DNA of 64,000 bases, taken from Candidatus Doudnabacteria bacterium. GTDB lineage: Bacteria; Patescibacteriota; Doudnabacteria; UBA920; VMFF01. The stretch lies in contig JAQBQP010000002.1 in assembly GCA_028286905.1 (NCBI GenBank), positions 245,458 to 309,457 of the forward strand, read 5' to 3'. Each line of letters begins with the position of its first letter. The first letter of the stretch is position 1. Shown piece after piece: positions 9,126 through 16,390 of the stretch. Both the position numbers and the translations under genes were made by a program. The notes under the pieces were generated by a model. It worked only from the letters and a program-made list of their open reading frames with translations, ran no database searches and had not been told where the DNA came from.

Positions 9126-9249
9126 TCTTGTCTGCAGGCGTCGACCCTTTATCAAAGATAGAGGCGCGGCGCTTGCTCAGAGAGAGCACATGCTTATCTA
9201 AGCATGGTCTGCACCATCACATCGGATGGCTGCGACAGAATTCACAAGA
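9126..9249 (+). ncRNA. Candidate structured multi-stem RNA / cis-regulatory leader of unknown class
   Basis: Four hairpins plus closing stems between the sortase stop and the GC-rich gene; no recognised family motif. Confidence 0.45.
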
Positions 9250-9268
9250 GAATATATGAGGTTGGCAC

Positions 9269-10894
9269 ATGCAGAACCGCATCGCTCGCATCGTTTTCGC
9301 GATCGTGTGCTCTCTCGCCTTTGTCGCTCAAAACGCTGTGGCCCAAGCAAAGGTTGCAGGCGTTGAGGTGACGAAGCAGGGAGTCACGGTTCGTTCCTGG
9401 CGCTTCCTCGATCCCGAGGAGCTGTTCAAGGATTACCACAACGCGCCGCAGGCACAGATCGTCAATCTGACTTGTGCCGACACGGCGCAGGCGGGAGCGA
9501 TCATTAACGCCGAGCCGCATACCTTCGGTGGGATGCTGCAGCGGCTGAATGCGTTGCGGGCAGGGTGCAAGAACACCATGCAGGGCAGCTTCACCCGCAA
9601 CGTCCGCTTGGTCACCGCCAGCGAGATGTCGGCGGCAGAACTGCTCGGCTACAATCGCGTCGATGCCAAGACCTACACCACGAACCGGAGCCCCTGGAAG
9701 CAGAAAGGCTTCAAGACGGTGAAGGAACTGTGCCTGTACGCCAAGAGTGACAAGGCGTATCAGAATCTCTTGGTGTCGAAGGACAAGGAAGAGGGTGCAG
9801 AAGTTCTGCGCTACCTTTCGAATTCCTGCGAGACGCTCGATCCGCATGTCTCGGAGATCGAAGCCCCAATCGGGGCGTTGGTCGCTGAAGATCTCGGACT
9901 GAGCGGCGCGGCGCACAATGTCTGGCTGACCGAGCCGGTGAAGCTGGTTCAGGTCGAGACCGAAGACGGCGCCGTCCGGTGGTTCAAGTACAGCTGTGCG
10001 AACGAGGATTTCCCCGTGCTGCGCGTCGAGTACACGATCTCGTACGAGGTACCCGCGCCGAAGTTCGCGCGGTTGGCGATCAGCAAGCAGGTTCGCCTCT
10101 GGGATCACGCCGCAACCAAGCGTTATTCCGACGAAACGTGGGCGAAGTCGGTTACGGTCGATTCGACGCAGGCGTCGCAGTTGATGCCGGTGCAGTATCT
10201 GGTGGTCGTGAAGAGCGTTGGTGACGCAACGGCAACCAACGTACAGGTTCGCGACGAGCCCTCGGTTCGCGACGGACGCTGGTTGATCCTCATTGACCCT
10301 AACTCGCCGTTGGCGAATCCGGTCAATGCAGGCAGCCTGCAGCCGGGCGACTCGCTGGTCTATTTGGTTCATGCTACGGCGCGATCCGGGTGGGTTGGCA
10401 CGGAAACGAATCATGCATTCGCAAAGGCAGACAATGCCTCTGAGGTGCAAGATGTCGCTCAGGTGATTCGGCAGAAAGCGCCCGCGCCTGTCGCGGTTGC
10501 AGAAGCCGGGTTCTACTGCGGGCGGGGTTTCAAGGAAGCCGCTGTTTGTGTCTTGGCTACCTGCGCTACCGTTACGGTGGTCGGGGACGCCGCTGGCTAC
10601 AAGAACATCTGCGGCTTTCCACTCGGCGGCACGGAAGAGAAGACCGGCAACAAGCCGGTCGGTCAGCCGATCACGCAGCTCGATGTCATCTCCTTGCGGA
10701 GTGGCGCGAGCTTAAGCGTCGGCATCAGCCCGTCGCCAGTTGCATCCTCTCAGATGCAGCTGCGTAACTCCAACCTCATCCCGATACTTCCCAGTGTTGG
10801 ATCGCGTCTGAGCATTCGCTCATACCAGTTCAACGCCGGCGTGTCGGTAGGTTTCAACAAGATTCAGTCAGTACTCGGCAAGTTCGCGAAGTAG
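9269..10894 (+). CDS. GC-rich secreted protein with one DUF11 domain
   Basis: Signal peptide (AVA-QA); LAISKQVR...VQYLVVVKSVGDATATNVQVRD...GSLQPGD...TNHAFAKADN; GAGG SD; about 60% GC in sampled lines. Confidence 0.8.
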   Translation: MQNRIARIVFAIVCSLAFVAQNAVAQAKVAGVEVTKQGVTVRSWRFLDPEELFKDYHNAPQAQIVNLTCADTAQAGAIINAEPHTFGGMLQRLNALRAGCKNTMQGSFTRNVRLVTASEMSAAELLGYNRVDAKTYTTNRSPWKQKGFKTVKELCLYAKSDKAYQNLLVSKDKEEGAEVLRYLSNSCETLDPHVSEIEAPIGALVAEDLGLSGAAHNVWLTEPVKLVQVETEDGAVRWFKYSCANEDFPVLRVEYTISYEVPAPKFARLAISKQVRLWDHAATKRYSDETWAKSVTVDSTQASQLMPVQYLVVVKSVGDATATNVQVRDEPSVRDGRWLILIDPNSPLANPVNAGSLQPGDSLVYLVHATARSGWVGTETNHAFAKADNASEVQDVAQVIRQKAPAPVAVAEAGFYCGRGFKEAAVCVLATCATVTVVGDAAGYKNICGFPLGGTEEKTGNKPVGQPITQLDVISLRSGASLSVGISPSPVASSQMQLRNSNLIPILPSVGSRLSIRSYQFNAGVSVGFNKIQSVLGKFAK

Positions 10895-10929
10895 TTCGCG
10901 GCAAACCGGTTCTGTTGAATCGCAGTAAC

Positions 10930-10976
10930 GGCAAGGTGAGCTATTCCCATAGCTCACCTTGCCACACTTCACTTTT
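10930..10976 (+). terminator. Perfect 15-bp hairpin after the GC-rich gene (terminator-like)
   Basis: GGCAAGGTGAGCTAT-TCCC-ATAGCTCACCTTGCC; the T-run is displaced by about 9 nt. Confidence 0.6.
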
Positions 10977-11070
10977 GACTCGTAAGAGTAGTTTGTAAGA
11001 ATTGCAAATTTCTCTTACTAGTTAAGCCAATAATTAGTAAGTAATTAACCGCATAATTTAAGGAAAAAAC

Positions 11071-14000
11071 ATGATAAGAAAATTTTTGGAAAGGATCAGA
11101 TTCAAATATCTTGCGCTTGCAATAGTTTTTATTGCAATTGCAGCTTTTGGATTTAATCACTTGCGCAATAGCGCGAACGCTGATAGCTGTGGTAATGCTC
11201 CGCTTACTCCGGCTTTCAACATCTGGCCCTTAGCTTGGACCAGCAGCAACTGTCAGGACTTACCATTAATCGAAACTAAGAACTTGAATGGTACTGGCAG
11301 AGATGCCCGTTACTCTTTGAGTCAGTCAGAACATGACGCCGGTATTAACGTAAATCCTGGTGATTCAGTCCGTGTCGCAGTTTACTTCCATAATGGTGCA
11401 AGTCCCGACGATCAAGAAGCAGCAACAGCGCACAACGTTCTTGTTGCAACTCAAATCGATAGCTTATCAGGAACTTCTCATAATGTTTCTGGAGCAATAA
11501 CTGGAACCGGCACCCCGGCTTATAGCTATTACTCTGAAACCGGCGGCGATACTAAAATTAACTCTTCGGTTCCAACAACATTGACATACGTATCTGGCTC
11601 AACCCAGATGTGTATTAGAGATGCAGCTGCTCAAGAATATGGCCTTACTAGTGCCGGTTCTTGTGGAAGCGGTCAAACCTTAGTTGCCGAACCGGATGGC
11701 ATTTTTAACGGCGCAATTAATATTGGTGACGTTAAAGCTTGTTTCCCATACTCGGGTTTAATTATTTTCACTTTGAAAGCTAATGGTCAAACCCCTCCAG
11801 CAAATACAAGCACGACCCTACAAGTTACAAAAACTGTTAGAAATGTAGCGCGAGGCGGAACTGCTTATGGCAAAACTGCATCAGCTGCAAACGGTGAGCC
11901 AGTTGATTTTGAAATTACTGTGAAAAATACTGGCAGTGTAACAGCTACAAATGTTTTCTTAAATGACAATGCGGTTTCTGGCTTAACCTTCTCAAGCGGT
12001 ACAAATGCTACAGGCAGTTTACCGTTAGGGGATTTACAACCTGGGCAAACTTCTGCTCCAGTTAATTTCACTGCAACTTTCAATTCTTCTTCTGCTGTAA
12101 CAAACGTTGCAATTGCAAGAGCATCTAATGCTCCTGACGCTCAAGATTCAGCAACTGTAACTCCAGTCACTGTTGTAGTACCTTCTAACCCTGCTTTATC
12201 TCTTGTTAAAACAGTTAGAAATCTTACAACTTCTGGGACTTTTGCAAAAACTGCAAATGCTACTCAAAGTGACATGGTTGAATACAAAGTAGTTATAACA
12301 AACACAGGCAATGCTACAGTGAACAATTTAGCGTTGAAAGATCAATTACCAAATGGAATTATTTTGAATAGCCCTCAGAGCGGCTCTGTCTTTAGCGATA
12401 TGCTAGGCAGCTTGGCTTCAACCATGACATGGACTATTACTTACCAGGCTACTGTTAGTGCAAATTCAGGCTCATTAATTAATACTGCTACCGTTACCTC
12501 AAGCAATACTAGCCCTGCAACCGACTCTGCAACAGTAAATGTAACTCCTGTTGTTAACACTACTCGTTCACTAACTATCACTAAACAAGTTCGCGATAAC
12601 ACTCAAGGTAACACCGGATATGCTTCTAGCTTAAATGCATTTAATGGTGATACTCTGCAATACCAAATTATTGTTAAGAATACTGGCAATGCTACATTAA
12701 ATAATGTTGTAGTAAACGATCCAATTCCTGGTGGTTTAAATATCGTGGCAAATAGCTTCGGTACTAACCCAGCAACTAATTCTACAATAAACAATATTAC
12801 AATTGGTTCACTAGCAGTAGGGCAGCAATTTGTTATAAACTTTAACACTACAGTTAATCTTTCAAGCCCAGCTTGTGGCACTATTAATAACACTGCTACA
12901 GCTTCTGCTGACCAAACCTCTTCACAATCTGCAAGTGCAGTCGTAAATGTAGTTTGTAATCCTCAGCCAGGTACGCTTTCTATTGTAAAATTAGTAAAAA
13001 ATATTACTCAAAATACTAATTACTCAAAGAGCGTAAGCGCTAATCAAGGTGATCGTATTGGATACCAAATTCAAATTACATCTACTAATGGTGCTGCTTC
13101 AAACGTAACAATGCTTGATTCATTGCCAAACTACCTTGTATATGCTACAGGCAGTGGTAAATTGAACGGCAACGCTTTCGCGGATGGATTTATTTCAAAC
13201 TCTCAAAATATCGGCAGCTTAAGCGCTGGCCAAACATCGACTTTTACTTTTGAAACAAATGTTGCAAACAACTTGCCAACATGTCAGCAAACCACAATTA
13301 CTAATACTGCTAGCACATCTGCTGATCGTATGGGTACTATTTCTGACAGCGCAACAGTTTTTGTAACTAATAATAATGGTTGTGGCGGTGGTGGCAGCAC
13401 TTACGCTCAAATGACTATTAACAAATTAGTTAAAAACAGCAATCAAAATAATTCTTTCCAAAAGAGCGTTTCTGCTAACCAAAACGATCGCGTAACTTTC
13501 CAAGTTACCGTTACAAATACTGGTACTGCAACTTTAAGCAACGCTTATGCTACAGATTTGTTACCAAACGGCTTATCTCTAGTATTTGGTACAGTTCGTT
13601 TAGATAACAATACAGCTTCTGACCAATTTATAAACAACCGTTTGTACCTTGGTAGCATGGCTCCTGGCCAGCAACATACAATCACATTTGATGCGACTGT
13701 TAATAACAACGGTACATCAACTATGACTAACGTTGCGCAGGCAGCGGCTGATAACTTCAGCATGATCCAAGACACTGCAAGCGTATTTGTAAGCCAAGTT
13801 CAAGGTTCTAACGTAGTGTTGTCTTACGCAAAGCGTGCGTTTAACGATACAAAAAATATCGATGCAACATCAGCACCTGCTAACAAAGAAGATTACATTA
13901 CTTACACTTTGACAGTTTCGAACACAGGCAACGCTCCAGCAACTAACTTTGTAGTTTCTGATGACTTGTCCAATGTTTTGAACTACGCAACAGTTACAGA

Positions 14001-14313
14001 TATGAACGGCGCAACTATGAACGGCAACGTTATTAGCTGGCCTTCAGAAACAGTTCAAGCAAACAGCTCAATTAGCCATACTTTCAGAGTAAGAGTTAAG
14101 TTTACTCTTCCTGCTGGCTCATTGCAGATGGTAAACACTTATGGTAACACTGTTACTGTAAGAATTACTCAGCCAGTTGTTTTAGGTGCAATCTTTGTTG
14201 CTCCAAAAACTGGTGCGAGCGCAACTGTCGCTTTGGTCTTTGCTGGATTAGTAACTGCATTCTTTGCAGTAGCTAAGTATAAAGGTCTTTTCCCAAAAAT
14301 TCGTTTTGAATAA
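11071..14313 (+). CDS. Large secreted adhesin/pilin-like protein with six DUF11 repeats and an LPxTG-like sorting signal
   Basis: Signal peptide; Cys-containing N-domain; six repeats beginning L.[VI].K.V[RK]N; C-terminal APKTG + TM + basic tail. Confidence 0.88.
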   Translation: MIRKFLERIRFKYLALAIVFIAIAAFGFNHLRNSANADSCGNAPLTPAFNIWPLAWTSSNCQDLPLIETKNLNGTGRDARYSLSQSEHDAGINVNPGDSVRVAVYFHNGASPDDQEAATAHNVLVATQIDSLSGTSHNVSGAITGTGTPAYSYYSETGGDTKINSSVPTTLTYVSGSTQMCIRDAAAQEYGLTSAGSCGSGQTLVAEPDGIFNGAINIGDVKACFPYSGLIIFTLKANGQTPPANTSTTLQVTKTVRNVARGGTAYGKTASAANGEPVDFEITVKNTGSVTATNVFLNDNAVSGLTFSSGTNATGSLPLGDLQPGQTSAPVNFTATFNSSSAVTNVAIARASNAPDAQDSATVTPVTVVVPSNPALSLVKTVRNLTTSGTFAKTANATQSDMVEYKVVITNTGNATVNNLALKDQLPNGIILNSPQSGSVFSDMLGSLASTMTWTITYQATVSANSGSLINTATVTSSNTSPATDSATVNVTPVVNTTRSLTITKQVRDNTQGNTGYASSLNAFNGDTLQYQIIVKNTGNATLNNVVVNDPIPGGLNIVANSFGTNPATNSTINNITIGSLAVGQQFVINFNTTVNLSSPACGTINNTATASADQTSSQSASAVVNVVCNPQPGTLSIVKLVKNITQNTNYSKSVSANQGDRIGYQIQITSTNGAASNVTMLDSLPNYLVYATGSGKLNGNAFADGFISNSQNIGSLSAGQTSTFTFETNVANNLPTCQQTTITNTASTSADRMGTISDSATVFVTNNNGCGGGGSTYAQMTINKLVKNSNQNNSFQKSVSANQNDRVTFQVTVTNTGTATLSNAYATDLLPNGLSLVFGTVRLDNNTASDQFINNRLYLGSMAPGQQHTITFDATVNNNGTSTMTNVAQAAADNFSMIQDTASVFVSQVQGSNVVLSYAKRAFNDTKNIDATSAPANKEDYITYTLTVSNTGNAPATNFVVSDDLSNVLNYATVTDMNGATMNGNVISWPSETVQANSSISHTFRVRVKFTLPAGSLQMVNTYGNTVTVRITQPVVLGAIFVAPKTGASATVALVFAGLVTAFFAVAKYKGLFPKIRFE

Positions 14314-14334
14314 AGACTAGTTTAACAGCAATTA

Positions 14335-14367
14335 ATAAAACCCCTCCCTAAGCAGGAGGGGTTTTAT
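14335..14367 (+). terminator. Intrinsic terminator
   Basis: TAAAACCCCTCC-CTAAGCA-GGAGGGGTTTTA. Confidence 0.8.
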
Positions 14368-14479
14368 GTTATAATTGAAACATTCTTCATAGATCGAACG
14401 TATAAGATAGTAGGGCGATGTTGCCTAATTGACTTGTTTGATACCAAATGAAAGAATATGAAGACAAATAAAGGATCTA

Positions 14480-16372
14480 ATGAATTTTAAACAAAAAATA
14501 TCTCTAATTGTTGTAGTAATTGCCCTGGCAGTAATGCCAGAATTTTCTGTTTTATCTGCATTTGCTCAAGCACAACCAACGAACGTCGGTGATGCTTTGC
14601 CGGCTGCCGTTAACTCTTTCGTCTTACAGTTAAAAGATGGGAACGATCAAATTTTTTCCAATGACTTAAACGTAAAAAATGTAGAACATGTGTTTTTGAA
14701 CACAGTGGCGCCTCAATTTAAAAATACGGTTCGATTGAATACTACTTATTCACAAAGCGCCTTTCAAAGTAAATACGGTTATGACTTGGTTTATTTAGAT
14801 GTCGAGCATCTGGTAAGTATTGGGGCAATTCAAATTAGCGCCGGACCTTCGGTAAATGATCCGGGTTTTAGTTCGGACCCGAATGATGTGGATCGGCAGT
14901 GGGGTCTTTATAAAGCACATTTTGTGGATGCTTGGAGCCAGGTGCCTTCAGGAAATAATGTCGTCGTTGCGGAAATAGATACCGGTGTTGATGCTACTCA
15001 TGAAGATTTATCTTCTGGCCAAGTGTTGCGAGGCTATAATTTTATTACTAAATCACTGATTGATCCGGCGCAAAATTCTGATGATAATGGACATGGAACG
15101 CTAATTGCTGGAGTTATTGCAGCTACTCAAAATAACTTTCGCGGTATTGCAGGCGCAAGCTGGAACAGTTCAATTATGCCGTTAAAAGCTTTGGACGATA
15201 AAGGCTCTGGGAACTCTGCGGATGTTGCTTCTGCAATTGTTTATGCTGCAGATCATGGCGCCGGGGTTATTAATATGAGTTTAGGCGGATTAGGTTTTTC
15301 TAATGACACTACGCTTTCAAATGCGATCCGCTATGCTTATAACAAAGGAGTAGTAATAGTTTCGGCGGCAGGAAATGATGTCGCAACGACCGGTGGAAAT
15401 TTGGATACCAGCCCCGTTTTTCCGGTTTGTAATGACAACGGGGAAAACATGGTTATTGGCGTAGCTGCTAGTGATGTTAACGATCAAAAAGCCAGTTTTT
15501 CGAACTATGGAAAAGCTTGCGTTGATGTTTCCGCCCCAGGCAAAAGAATTCTTTCTACTATAAATCACGATCCTGTTACGCACTTACCAACAGTTAATGG
15601 TTATGCTTATGCTTCTGGTACTTCATTGGCAACACCTTTTGTTGCTGCAGAAGCAGCAATGATAAAAGCCACTTATCCTTCTTTAAATAATGGTCAAATA
15701 CGAAATAGAATACTAAAGAGTGCTGATTCAATTGATCAATTGAATACTAACGGATGTAATAATCAGTCATGCGCCGGCTTAATTGGCTCGGGCAGAATAA
15801 ATGCGTTAAAAGCGTTAGACCCAGCATTGATTTTTGATACTATTATAAATGAAGGAGATTTGGTTCGGGATACATCAACAAATTTTGTTTATTATATTTC
15901 TGGCGGCAAAAGACAATTGGTTTCGCCGTTTGTTTTAAGCCAAAGGTTTTCTTCAACTTCAATTAAAGATGTTGACCCGAGTGCGTTTAGCAATTTCCCA
16001 TTAGGTTCTTACGCCTTGCCGAATCAAAATACAGTTGTTAAGTCCCAAAGCAGTCCGACCGTCTATATGATTGTGGATGGAATTAAACGCCCTCTAACGT
16101 ATCAAGTTTTTGTTCAAAGAAATATTACAGTAGTAAATACTCTTTTCGATACAGAATTGGCTTCATGGATCACCGGGCAGTTTTTACCTCCGGTTGAAGG
16201 AACAATTGTTCGAGCCCATTCTGGAAAAACTTTGTATTGGGTGATCGATGGTTTATTGCATCCAATCAATTATGCTTTCTGGGTTGATCGCGGCCTGGTC
16301 GGTAGGCAGATATTAGTCATTCCCGATTTAGATTTACAAAGCTATCCAAGCGGTACCGCGTTCATAAAATAA
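14480..16372 (+). CDS. Secreted S8 subtilisin-like serine protease with three C-terminal repeats
   Basis: IDTGVD, GHGT, AAGN, SGTSLATP; signal peptide. Confidence 0.93.
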   Translation: MNFKQKISLIVVVIALAVMPEFSVLSAFAQAQPTNVGDALPAAVNSFVLQLKDGNDQIFSNDLNVKNVEHVFLNTVAPQFKNTVRLNTTYSQSAFQSKYGYDLVYLDVEHLVSIGAIQISAGPSVNDPGFSSDPNDVDRQWGLYKAHFVDAWSQVPSGNNVVVAEIDTGVDATHEDLSSGQVLRGYNFITKSLIDPAQNSDDNGHGTLIAGVIAATQNNFRGIAGASWNSSIMPLKALDDKGSGNSADVASAIVYAADHGAGVINMSLGGLGFSNDTTLSNAIRYAYNKGVVIVSAAGNDVATTGGNLDTSPVFPVCNDNGENMVIGVAASDVNDQKASFSNYGKACVDVSAPGKRILSTINHDPVTHLPTVNGYAYASGTSLATPFVAAEAAMIKATYPSLNNGQIRNRILKSADSIDQLNTNGCNNQSCAGLIGSGRINALKALDPALIFDTIINEGDLVRDTSTNFVYYISGGKRQLVSPFVLSQRFSSTSIKDVDPSAFSNFPLGSYALPNQNTVVKSQSSPTVYMIVDGIKRPLTYQVFVQRNITVVNTLFDTELASWITGQFLPPVEGTIVRAHSGKTLYWVIDGLLHPINYAFWVDRGLVGRQILVIPDLDLQSYPSGTAFIK

Positions 16373-16390
16373 AATTAATTGAGGAGTGTT

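Noticed and set aside
9133-9180. GCGCGGCGCT resembling a twister-sister ribozyme strand
   Set aside because: The GCAAG and GUGCAAG elements and the GCUCA cleavage context are not in the required arrangement.
9242-10450. 402-aa minus-strand ORF
   Set aside because: Antisense shadow of the GC-rich plus-strand gene. It is Arg-rich with no motifs, while the plus ORF has an SD, signal peptide and DUF11 domain.
10897-10936. GGCAAACC suggesting a c-di-GMP-I riboswitch
   Set aside because: No GAAA tetraloop stem or GCAAAG follows.
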